A stretch of DNA of 64,000 bases. Origin: Zootoca vivipara (lineage: Eukaryota). Both the position numbers and the translations under genes were made by a program. The notes beneath the pieces are model-generated. The model worked only from the letters and a program-made list of their open reading frames with translations. It had not been told where the DNA came from and did not search any database. Below, piece after piece: positions 1-11,015 of the stretch (positions within the stretch are counted from its first letter, which is position 1; each line of letters opens with the position of its first letter). Location: NCBI RefSeq assembly GCF_963506605.1, contig NC_083279.1, forward strand, positions 100,998,001 through 101,062,000, written 5' to 3'.

Positions 1-528
1 AATGACAACAGTGTCTGGTTGTGCTGCTGCAGATGCAACAAACATAATAAGGAATTGGGTAGAAATTTATTTATTTATTTATTTAATTTGTACACCACCC
101 TTCATCCAAAGATCACAGAGCACTTCACATTAAAATACAAAATGAGAACACAAAATATAATAATAAAACCAAACCAAACCAAACCAAAAACACCACTCCC
201 AAGAAATAAATGGTTATTTAAGATTCTAAAGCCTTAGGACAGGGACTGCCTTATTAGTGGTCTTTGCAAGACACTCTGGGAGGTCTTTTTACATCTTAGA
301 CACCTGCATTTCAGACACCTGCTGCTCTCTCCATCCACCCAGGACATGGATCAAGACCTCACCAGGAACATAAGCTGAGCCTTGCTGGGCCACAGCTGTC
401 CTCATCTGACCCAGAGTTCCCAACCATCACCACTGAAACTGTTGCAGAGTGGCTCCCCACCACCACCACCCCTTTGCCAGCAAATGTCAGAAAAGCATAA
501 CAGGTTCTAAGAATGAGGAGCTGGTCCT

Positions 529-1464
529 TCACTTGGAGAACATTTGGATTATCCTGGCCCGAATCTGCTTTGTTTTCACACTGTACACAACAGGGTTCAT
601 TAGGGGTGGCACCAGCAGGTAAATATACCCCATGAAAATGCGGATGTGGAGAGGAGAATCCTTCCCAAACCTGTGAATCACAGACAGGCCAATCATGGGC
701 ATGTAGAAGATCAAAACGGCGCAGATGTGGGAGACGCAAGTGTTGAGGGCCTTGAGCCGCTCCACCCGTGAGGCGATGCTCAGGACCGTCTTGAGGATCA
801 TGATGTAAGACAGCAGGATAAGGAGCGAGTCCACGCCCACCGTGGAGACAATGACGAACATCCCATAGATGCTGTTGACCGTGATGTCTGAGCAGGCCAG
901 CTTCATCACCTCTTGGTGCAGACAGAAAGAGTGGAAGAGGACATTGGACCGGCAGTACCGATGCCTCCTGAGAAGGAAGGGCAGTGGGAAAATCAGGGCC
1001 ACACCTCTGAACACAAAGGCCAGCCCCATCTTGCTTATCCTTGGCACAGTTAAGATGGAAGCATATCTCAGAGGGTTCCGGATGGCCACAAGGCGGTCAA
1101 AAGCCATGGCCAAGAGAATGGAGGATTCTATGAAGGACAGTGTGTGGATGAAGAACAGCTGAGTGAAACAGGCATCCAGACTGACTCTTCTGGCGTTGAA
1201 CCAAAAGATGCCCAGGATGGTAGGCATGGTGGTGAGGGATATGCCTAGGTCTGCCATGGCCAGCATGGAGAGGAAAATGTACATGGGCTCATGGAGGCTT
1301 TGGTCTGTTTTGATAATGAACAGAATAATGGCATTTCCCAGGATGGAAATGATGTACATGGAGCAGAATGGGATGGAAATCCAGATGTGGCTGGACTCCA
1401 TGCCAGGGAACCCAGTAAGCCAGACCACTGGTGGCTTGGGCTTGGTGCCGTTTTGGAGATCCAT
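529..1464 (-). CDS. Class I olfactory receptor, OR51-like (311 aa)
   Basis: Intact ORF with LHEPMY, MAFDRLVAIRNPLRY, FCLHQEVMKLAC, KALNTCVSH, HRFG, PPLMNPVVYSVKTKQIR; N-terminal NGT sequon; polypyrimidine/CAG acceptor on - at about 1507-1524. Confidence 0.95.
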   Translation of the reverse strand: MDLQNGTKPKPPVVWLTGFPGMESSHIWISIPFCSMYIISILGNAIILFIIKTDQSLHEPMYIFLSMLAMADLGISLTTMPTILGIFWFNARRVSLDACFTQLFFIHTLSFIESSILLAMAFDRLVAIRNPLRYASILTVPRISKMGLAFVFRGVALIFPLPFLLRRHRYCRSNVLFHSFCLHQEVMKLACSDITVNSIYGMFVIVSTVGVDSLLILLSYIMILKTVLSIASRVERLKALNTCVSHICAVLIFYMPMIGLSVIHRFGKDSPLHIRIFMGYIYLLVPPLMNPVVYSVKTKQIRARIIQMFSK

Positions 1465-1612
1465 GATGTGGTCTGGTGGGTCCCTCCAGGAGCATCAACC
1501 TCCTGACTGCAAGTAAGGAAAAGGTGTCTTACTACCAACCAAAATTGGTTAGGGCATGAAGAATATCCAAGGAGTTCCTTACAGCTTTTTGTCCTTTCCT
1601 GTCTTCTAGAGA

Positions 1613-1811
1613 TAGAATCATAGAATCATAGAGTTGGAAAAGACCACAAGGGTTATCCAGTCCAACCCCCTGCCAAGCAGGAAACACCATCAAAGCATTC
1701 TTGACATATGCCTGTCAAGCCTCTGCTTAAAGACCTCCAAAGAAGGAGACTCCACCACACTCCTTGGTAGCAAATTCCACTGCCGAACAGCTGTCAGGAA
1801 GTTCTTCTTAA
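1613..1811 (-). mobile_element. CR1 3' end
   Basis: (AGAATCAT)n tail; nearly identical to 32981-33131 and 53439-53635. Confidence 0.88.
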
Positions 1812-4715
1812 TAGATAGTACCCCTGAGAGGAAAAAGACAGACAAATGGTAGTAAATTGATAGCACAGCTGCCTGAAGACTGTGAGGGCTGGTAGGGCTT
1901 AGGGAAGTAGGTGTTGCCAGAGCCAACAACAGGCAGAGCCAACTCATTCTACTTTTGTCCCCATCTTCTTCATCCTCCCTGTTGAACAAGGGGCAACAGG
2001 GAGGCTAAGGCAGAGGAAGCCAGCAGCCAGAGGAATCTCATAGGCTGGTTGTATGAAAGAAGGCAGGGTGAGGCTAGATGGCCATCTGTCAGAGATTCTT
2101 TAGCTGTGATTCCTGCATTGCAGGAGGTTGGGCTAGATGACCATTAAAACTGTACTCTATTGTTCTACGGTTCAAATAATGAGACTACAGTGTGAGTTCC
2201 CTTTTGCAGGGCATATTCCGATTTTGTTGTGGGTAGAAAAGAGTACTGTCTACTTCCAAATGCCAGTACAAAATCCAATTCAACTGTCTGGAAGTGATTT
2301 TATGTAAAAGCTAGATTTGGGCTCATTGTAGACGAAAGAGTTGTGCAAGTGACTTTTGAGGGGCGGCAAAGAGGAGGTATGAGTTCCTCAGCACCCTAAG
2401 TGAATCCCCTCTAGAGATCTTATCTTTCCCCAAAGCTCTCTCCATGCTTAGCACCCAGAAATGCCATCTCTCGCCCTCTCTCTTCTTGCTTGCCGCCTGC
2501 CTCCCTTTCCAAAGGTGGAGGCTGTATAGTTGTGCAACCAAATAAATTATTTCTTTTATTCTATTTATTTCACAAATTTATCCATTTGTAAGACAAAACG
2601 AGACAAGACCTCAAAGCAAAAACAGAACAGTAAAAGCAAGAGAGAGAAAACACAGCCCTACATTAAAACACACAAATGGTAAAAATCAAAACAGATTAAA
2701 AAATACCTCAACTTTCTAATCATCTGGGTAGGCATTTAAAGTTGTGAGATGTTGTAGCTGAATACGCAAGGTGGGCAGAAAACATTCAAGATCTGGAAAA
2801 AGCCTTACGATAGCAAGGGTACCAACTCTACAGTTCTAGGATTGTAACATAGCCATTGATATCCTAACTACCCTCTGTGAATTTGTCTAATTTCCCTTTT
2901 AAAGTCATCCAGGATGGGGGCCATCGCTGCCTCCTGTGGCATTGATTTTACATTGTGCGAAGAAGAATGTAGTCTGTCCCGAATCTATAGCTGCTCTTGA
3001 TTTGCTCTATTGGCAATGCCATGGCTGTAGCCCAGCGGTAGGTGTAAAAGATCCCCAGGAGTAGCTGCAGCAGAAACCTGTGCCTGAGACCACCACTGGT
3101 GCCTGACTCTGTATAGGGCAGCCTCTTCTCTGCTTGGACCAGCTTCCCTCTCTCTGCTGATGGCTCCATCGCTTTCCTCTTTCAAGACCTAGCTCCTCTA
3201 CACACCTTTCTCCTGGACCACCTTAGCCCTCCTCGCTTCACCTCACCTTCCTTTCTCCAGACCACTCTTTACTTGTTCAACTCTGGCTTCTCCCCCAACT
3301 ACCTGCATCTGATGCAGACCAAAGTCTCTGTGCAGGAACCAGATCACTCTCTGGATACCTAGTGCTGTAGGTATCAGTGTCAAATCATACTAGAACGTAA
3401 AAAGCACCTGCTGGATCAGGCCAATGGGCCATCTGGCCCAGCATCTCCTTTTCACAGTGGGCAACTAGATGCCACAAGGGGAAACCCACAAGCAGGATTC
3501 AAACACAAGAGCATTTTCTCCCCACCTGTAGTTTCCAGAATCATTACTGTCTATGACTGCAGGCAAGGCAGAGCCATCCTGGCTAGTAACCCTCGGTCGT
3601 CCTCTCCTCCTCTATGAATTTGTTCAATCTTCTTTTAAAGCCATCCACCTTGGTGGCCATCACTGCCTCCTGTGTTTAACTATGTGCTGCAAGAAGAAAT
3701 TGTTTCTTGTATCTGTCCTGAATGTGGTACCATTATGGAGAGAATGGCTGGTAGGCTTGGAAGAACCAATAGCTTATTTGCTGGTTTGCCGCCCAAACAG
3801 ACCTCTTCCCACATAGAAGCATGCATTCATACCCTGCAAACTAGGTGGTCCAGCACACCCTAATTTATCTATAAGAAAGGTCCTGGGGGCTTCAGAACCC
3901 TAGGAATCATGAGTGAGTGATTGTGTTGCAGAGCCTGCAGTTCACAGAGCAATCAAATGGCCTTTATGGCCTTCCCAGGGTGACACCTCTGAGGCCTTTT
4001 GTCCCTGCGGGAAGGAGGAAACTGCCAGCTTTGAGCCTCCCAGCAGGTACCTGCTTGTAATTGCCTCCCTCTGCTGACTCCGCTGGGAGATGGATCTGCA
4101 CTTAGTGCCAGAGGCACCATTTAAAGTAATGCTCCCCAGTGCTCAAAAGTTTGGTTTAGAGGATGGGACAGCAGAACAGAGTTTTGCAGCACCTTCAAGA
4201 CTAACTAACTTATCATGGCAGAAACTTTTGTGGACTAAAGTCCACCGCATACAATGCATTTGAAGTGGACTCTGGTCAATGAAATTTTTATCCCATGTTA
4301 AATTGGTTGGACTTGCTATATGGAGCAATGCAGCTTTGTGTGAATGCAGGAATTCCACAAACAAACAGTAGAAAATTGGTTAAAAACTTTATTAGCACTG
4401 AAACAAGACCTTCCATTTCCTTTCTAGACATGGATTGCTTCTGTGTAAAGAAAAGGCAAATTCTATGGCACAAATTTGCAAGCCTGTGTTCATTTTACAT
4501 AGAGATTTCACCTGGCTGAAGATGGAACTTGCTCTCAAGGATGCTGTTTTGCTATTGTGTGTTGAAGTCATGGCCACATGGAATGTGCATTGTTTTAGGC
4601 AGATACAAAGAGGGGAGTAAGTTGAGCTGGGAGATTTGAACTATTGGGAAGGGCAATGGATCCCTCATGGAGCTGGCCTCCCTTCTGATTATGCAGCAGA
4701 GCAGGTGGACAAGAG

Positions 4716-5714
4716 TCAATGGACCCTTAGGGTCAAGAAGAGCTTTGCAGATATCCTTTGGCGCACCTCTTTCATTTTGACACAGTAGAGCATGGGGTTG
4801 AGCAAAGGTGGGGCCAGGAAGTGGATGTAGGACAACAGAATGTGGAGGAAGGGCGGGGTGTGGAGCTTGAGGCGGCTGATCAAGGACAAGGCCAACATGG
4901 GGGTGTAGAACAGCAGGACCACAGAGATGTGGCAGGCACAGGTGTTGAGAGCTTTGTGGCGCTCGTCCAGCGAGGTGATGGCCACAACGGTCTTCAAGAT
5001 CCAGATGTAAGACAAGACGATGAGCAGTGGGTCCAGCCCCATAGTGGAGAAGACTACTAAAAGCCCGTAGATGCCATCCCTGCTGGACTTGTGGCAGGCC
5101 AGCTTCATCACATCTGGGTGCAGGCAGTATGAGTGAGAAAGGGCATTAATATGGTGGCAGTAAGTCAGCCTCTTGAGAAGAAAGGGGATTGGCACATGCA
5201 GGGCCACACCCCGGAGGCCAATGGCCAAGCCAATGTGGACCAGTCTGGAGCTGGTCAAGATGGAGGTGTACCTCAAAGGGTAGCAGATGGCCACAAAGCG
5301 GTCAAAGGCCATGGCCAAGAGCACAGAGGACTCCATGATGGAGAACGTGTGGATGAAGAAGAGCTGGGAGAGGCAAGCGTCCACACTGATCTCCCTTGAT
5401 CCAAGGAGGAAGACACGGAGCATTGTGGGCAGGAGGGCTGTGGCCAAGCCCAAGTCACAGGCAGCTAGCAGGGCAAGGAAGATGTACATGGGGGAATGGA
5501 GGGCTGTTTCCGTGATTATGACAAAGAGGACGGCCCCATTCCCAAGAAAGGACAGCAGGTAGGCTGTGCCCATGGGGAAAGCCAGCCAATATGGGGTGGA
5601 TTCCAGCCCAGGGAAACCCATCAGGAGAAAGAGAAGCCCAGGGAGGGCAGTATTATTAGGGTGGTGAAGAATGGTGTGATTACTCATTGTTGATGGAGGG
5701 TCTTGCAGCTCCAT
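4716..5714 (-). CDS. Class I olfactory receptor, divergent OR51-like (332 aa; second Met at MSNHT is a possible start)
   Basis: LHSPMY, MAFDRFVAICYPLRY, SHSYCLHPDVMKLAC, KALNTCACH, PPLLNPMLY; acceptor CCTTTTCTAG just before the ATG. Confidence 0.93.
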   Translation of the reverse strand: MELQDPPSTMSNHTILHHPNNTALPGLLFLLMGFPGLESTPYWLAFPMGTAYLLSFLGNGAVLFVIITETALHSPMYIFLALLAACDLGLATALLPTMLRVFLLGSREISVDACLSQLFFIHTFSIMESSVLLAMAFDRFVAICYPLRYTSILTSSRLVHIGLAIGLRGVALHVPIPFLLKRLTYCHHINALSHSYCLHPDVMKLACHKSSRDGIYGLLVVFSTMGLDPLLIVLSYIWILKTVVAITSLDERHKALNTCACHISVVLLFYTPMLALSLISRLKLHTPPFLHILLSYIHFLAPPLLNPMLYCVKMKEVRQRISAKLFLTLRVH

Positions 5715-5766
5715 TCTCTAGAAAAGGATGCGAGAAACAAGAAGTGAAACAATTGTGCATTTTAGT

Positions 5767-6004
5767 TACAGGTAGGTAGCCGGGTTGGTCTGCAGTAGTT
5801 GAAACAAAATAAATAAAAAATCCTTCCAGTAGCACCTTAGAGACCAACTAAGTTTGTTATTGGTATGAGCTTTCGTGTGCATGCACATGCACATTTTGTG
5901 TGCATGTGGTATCTGAATAAGTGTGCATGCACACGAAAGCTCATACGTATGACAAACCTAGTTGGTCTCTAAGGTGCTACTGGAATGAATTTTTTATTTT
6001 GTTT
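5767..6004. mobile_element. Penelope-like fold-back insertion with mutated hammerhead (5909-5946)
   Basis: Inverted arms of about 85 bp, left arm with extra tail TACAGGTAGGTAGCC...; 13-bp TSD CAATTGTGCATTT at 5750-5762 and 6005-6017; core reads CTGAATA instead of CTGANGA. Confidence 0.78.
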
Positions 6005-6374
6005 CAATTGTGCATTTGAATGATTATTCTTAAAGTCATCACACGAGTAATCACTTTTGTTCTTACATGGAGAATTTAAACCACAAAAGTACAATGTCTG
6101 TGCACAATATATGCATTGCAAAAGCAGTAACACACTGCCTCTGCAGCAGCAGCATCGCCACCACCTCACCGCTCAAATAACATTTCTAAGGTTTCTCAGG
6201 AGTCAGTGAACTACGCTTTGTGTCAGCTGGGCAATGCTGGTTATAACAAACGACAATTTAATGTTAACAGGTGACTGAGTGGTTTGGTTAACAGGTGACC
6301 CAAAGCTGTACAGAAGGAATGAAACGAAGACTGCAAATAAGAACATGAGAAGAGCCTGCAGGATCAGGCCAGTG

Positions 6375-6464
6375 CATAGCTGCCAAGTTTTCCCTTTTCT
6401 CGCGAGGAAGCCTATTCAGCATAAGGGAAAATCCCTTTAAAAAAGGGATAACTTGGCAGCTATG
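6375..6464. mobile_element. 90-bp hAT-type MITE
   Basis: 15-bp TIR CATAGCTGCCAAGTT; 8-bp TSD GGCCAGTG. Confidence 0.88.
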
Positions 6465-7419
6465 GGCCAGTGGCTGACCAGATGTCTCAGTGAGAAAAGC
6501 ACAAGCAGGATCCAGGCACAAGAGCAACTCCCGCCCAGCAAGTGGGATTCAGAATTATGTAAATCTCTTTTTTCATTCAAAAATTCTCATTGTTATTTTT
6601 TATTTGATTTATTAGTCACTCACTACAAAAAAATCATCTAAGTGACTAGGTCAATACATTGCATGCTCAAGAGGATGAAGTGCATGACAAAATTAAGCAC
6701 TTAATGATAGGTAATATAAACTCACATTTGCTGTCCAGTTTTGGTTTTTTTGTTTTGTTTCTAGATTATGTAAATCGATCATGAAGATGATGTGGACATT
6801 CATTCTCAATTATTTTGCACGGAATTAAATTTTATCTTCACTAAACAGAGATGGTATTATAGCATTCAGGATTTGATTTCGTACTTTCTTTAATAGTTGG
6901 TAGACCATAATCAATAGTTTATGGGTGTTGCTAAATTGCAAAATCTTAAAATAGTAATAATAAATCAGGTGGTTTCCATGGAGTGCACGTCTTCTCCCTA
7001 GGATCCCTGATCATCACCATTCTCTGCAAGCATGCACCTAAGAGTGAGACTAAAATGCAAACGTTTCTCAAAGGCTGTGGTTTATTGTGGCCACAACTGT
7101 TGTCATTTGCCTAGCCAAAACTAACCACACCATTTCTTAACAGATCACTATCCAACCTTCTCTTACCCAGAATAACTCCTCCTGCCTAATGCAGAATAAA
7201 GCAATAACAGAAGAGAGAGTAAACCCTGTCTAAAAATCAATACACATTGTTAAGCGCCTGGTTAAGTACACTTTTTATTGTTGTTGCACAAATTCAAAAA
7301 GTGCCAAGTTCAAGCTGAGTGGGTATTTAGAGTGCACACAGATTCTTCTTTTGCAGCTGCAGATTGAATCCGAGCTGGGCCAGCAAGGAAGAATCTTTGC
7401 AGCCACGCCTTGGACAGTG

Positions 7420-8017
7420 CTAATGAAACACCCCCTGTGTTGCAGACTAGAGTCAAAATTCCACAAAAAGAGGCAACACGTCGACCGATTCCAACAGGCG
7501 AAATATATATCTATTTTTTCTCTTTATACACTATAACGACATGCGATGACAGTGATCCAAGGTAATCGTACTGTTTCGGTTAAAAATTTCAATAGCCTTG
7601 ATTAGTACTAGGGTGTTACCTGTGGTGGAACTGTATATTCCGCTTTCCATTTCCTGCTTCAGGCAGCAGGGGTTACCTATGTGTTTATGACCCCTGTTCC
7701 ACAGATTGTATACAAACACTAAGGTATGTTTTATTTTTGTATTTGTCTGTATTTTTTCAATGTTAAGATATTACGGACTGCATAGACTCGTGTTCATGCT
7801 GGCCATTGGCCTTAATATAATGTATGACATAATTAATGATATATAATTATTTGATTTATTTTTTGTAGTTAAAAAACTGAAGAAGATCAAACCAAAACAG
7901 TATGATTACCTTGGATAACTGTCATCGCATGTCGTTATAGTGTATAAAGATAAAAATAGATATGTATTTCACCCGTTGGAATCGGTCGACGTGTTGCCTC
8001 TTTTTGTGGTATTTTGA
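7420..8017. mobile_element. Second fold-back element family, probably Penelope-like
   Basis: About 128-bp inverted arms (7453-7581 / 7890-8017), 33-nt extension on one arm only, 13-bp TSD GCCTTGGACAGTG at 7407-7419 and 8019-8031. Confidence 0.65.
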
Positions 8018-8677
8018 TGCCTTGGACAGTGGCAGACTTTGGCCTCTCAGATTTCATTGGCAACCTGTGCAACACTAAAAAAATTCCCCACTGCTCCTGC
8101 CTTTTGCACTCCATTCTACAGCATTGTTGTGGCACCCTCTGCAGCAGTGCCCAGTACAGCCACACTGGTCACACAAATCTAAGACAACCTCTGCCTTGGG
8201 TTCTTTTTGAAGAAGAGAAGCATCAGGAGCATGTGATGTAGACGGGGCTCTGTATTCCATCTTTTGCTTTGCATTTGAATCACCTGACAAGCATTATACA
8301 GAAGGGAAGGGAAGCATTGTTTCAAAACTCTAAATAATTTCCCTTTGTCTCACACGGCACCTGCCTTGCTCTTCACTTCGGCTGCTTCTCAGTTTGCAGT
8401 TCCTTTTCATTTCATGCCCTACAGTGGGAAGAAGGAACTGTTCTGCCTTCCGTTCCCTGGAATAATACCAGTGCCTCATTCCTGGGGAAAAGAGGGGGAG
8501 GTGGGAAAGCTTTTTAACTAACAGCTCACTCTTGCATTTTGTGCCCTCCCCATTGCTATTTATTCAGGGAACATTCACCCAGCAGAACGCTCAGCCATGC
8601 CATGCCACTCTCTCTCTTCTTGGGCAACTGCTGTTTGCTGCCATTTGCTCCTACTGCTGAGCTGCACTTTCCCAGAT

Positions 8678-8821
8678 TCCTAGAATTGTAGAGTTGGAAG
8701 GGACCCCAAGAGTCATCTAATCCAACCCCCTGCAATACAGGAATCTTTCCCCCAAACATGGGACTCAAACCCACAGCCCTGTGATTAAGAGTCTCGTGCT
8801 CTACCGACTGAGCTATCCCAG
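8678..8821 (-). mobile_element. SINE with tRNA-Lys(CTT)-like head and CR1-type tail
   Basis: On -: GATAGCTCAGTCGGTAGAGCACGAGACTCTTAATC...GGGTTTGAGTCCC then CR1 3' end; acceptor stem and B box damaged. Confidence 0.7.
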
Positions 8822-10540
8822 GGATAGATATTATGATTATCATAACACCTCTCAGTCTCTTTTCCAGGCTAAACATACCCAGCTTTCTCAAATGAAGGTT
8901 CTTACATTCTTTAAGGGAGGTTGCCAGCAATCCGGCTGTGCAAGAAGAGATTTGCTGATGCAACTCTGCCTGCTCCCTCTCCATAACAAGTGATGATGGC
9001 AAAAGGCTTCTCAGATGTAAAATAAATATATTTTATTGACCAAATAATACATGCCAGAGCTGTGCTGTAGCTGTAAATAATGCCAGGCTGTGGGCTGGGT
9101 AGCAAGGAAGGAATTTGCACCCGCTTTCCCCACCCTGGAGCCCCAACGGAGTTGTAGTCCAAAACACCAAGCTGGCAGGAGTGGGCAGGTTGGGGAAGGT
9201 TGTTACATACAAACCCAAATGGCACCAAGGAAAAGCAGCTGATGCCACTTCTTCCTTCCCAGGGCTGGGCAAGTAGAATCATAGAATGGATTTGTTTATT
9301 ATTTAGGCATTGCATAAAATTTAAGCACTACCGACTGGGACCAAATGAAACTATAACCTAATCAATAAAACTAACAATAACCTAAAAACAGAATAAAGCA
9401 GACATCAACATTCTACATTTCTGGACAGGCTTGTCTAAACAAGAATGTTTTCAGTAGGCACCAAAGAGTACATTGAAGTCACCTGCCTCTGACAAGGCTT
9501 CCCACCTGCCAGCAATTCTGTGCTAACTGCAGCCTCCAGATACTTAGAAATAGAGGTAGAGAAGAGAAGCTGCTTGATTGCTGCTGTGAACTTCTCTGTT
9601 CATCCTGCTGCTATTTTGTTGGGCAAGATTAAGACCAGCAGCACCCAAAACATGCTCACCAGGAAATAAGTTCCCCTGAACTCCTTGGGAACGACTCCAT
9701 CCTAAGGGAGCATGTTCAGAATGGGACAAGACACCTCCTCCTCCTCAGGAATCCTTTCCCCTGAGAAGCAAACCAGCCTCCTGTGTTTTCAGGTCAGATA
9801 TCAGAGGGAAACAGGAGGAGAGTCTCACATTAGCCAATGAAGAGCCAATGGGAGATTGCAGGAAAAGATGCATGGAAGCAGAATAACTAACCGGATTAAT
9901 TCTGCGAGATGCTGAGGGTTCCAAGGAACCTGCAGGTCACATCCAACTGCAGTGCAGACACCAGGGCCGGGAGTTGCCCTCAGGACTTTGAAAGCCAGGG
10001 CCCCAAATCCTCATTGTTTTTAGGTGACACATTTTATGAAGATTACCGCTCCCTCATGCAGGCAGGAGAAACCCAACCCTAATCTCAATGGCTCCCTTTG
10101 AGCAAAGTCCCTGTCACTCCAATTATATCAGGCGCTCCTTTGTGTGAACCAGTTGGGTCCACCCACCTGGCACCTTCCTTCTGGTGCTTCCAGCCCTCCT
10201 CTGAATGAAGGTGGCAAACACTGCCAGATCAGAACATAAGAAGCACCACCAGAATCCTGGGAAATAACCCCTAGAGTTTTAGAGCTTGATCACCTATTGC
10301 TAATCATGATGCAAACTGACAACAAAGGAGCGAAACCTGCTTCCCTGAATTTTGAGCAAATAAAGAACATTCAGAGCATGGCAGTTTTCCAAAATGCATT
10401 CATCGGGGGTTCAGGGAACATGGATCTGTTCATTCCAGGTGATGCCCACAATAAAAATCATGCAAATCTTTTGATTCTGTAATGCGAGGCTCAAGCAAAA
10501 CATCTCCAGCAGAATATTGTTATGAGTTTGTGGGGGGGCT

Positions 10541-10620
10541 AGGTAAAGGTAAAGGGACCCCTGACCGTTAGGTCCAGTCACGGATGACTCTGTGGTTGTG
10601 GCACTCACCTCACTTTATTG
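10541..10620 (-). mobile_element. Sauria SINE 3' fragment inside solo LTR
   Basis: AGGTAAAGGTAAAGGGACCCCTGACC... Confidence 0.8.
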
Positions 10621-10727
10621 CCCGCCAATCAAGGATTGATTAAACTTTGCCAAACACAGAAACCCCCTGGATTTAGTTATGCTAACAAGGCAAACCAGCT
10701 CCGCAGAGCTAGCTGGATGGGCCATTA

Positions 10728-11015
10728 AAAGGTAAAGGGACCCCTGACCATTAGGTCCAGTCATGACCGACTCTGGGGTTGCAGCGCTCTATTGGCCGAG
10801 GGAGCTGGCGTACAACTTCCGGGTCATGTGGCCAGCATGACAAAGCCGCTTCTGGCGAACCAGAGCAGCACACGGAAACGCCGTTTACCTTCCCACCAGA
10901 GTGGTACCTATTTATCTACAGTACTTGCACTTTGAGGTGCTTTCGAACTGCTAGGTTGGCAGGAGCAGGGACTGAGCAATGGGAGCTCACCTCGTCGCGG
11001 GGATTCGAACTGCCA
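10728..11015 (-). mobile_element. Sauria SINE, 5'-truncated, inside solo LTR
   Basis: AAAGGTAAAGGGACCCC tail; TSD GCCATTA at 10721-10727 and 11016-11022. Confidence 0.9.

Noticed and set aside
6760-6900. Short frame ending ELNFIF...DLISYFL, faintly like a Penelope GIY-YIG C-terminus
   Set aside because: Too degenerate to support without a profile search.
8750-8821. tRNA-Lys gene
   Set aside because: Acceptor stem and B box are damaged and it is fused to a CR1 tail, so it is a SINE.
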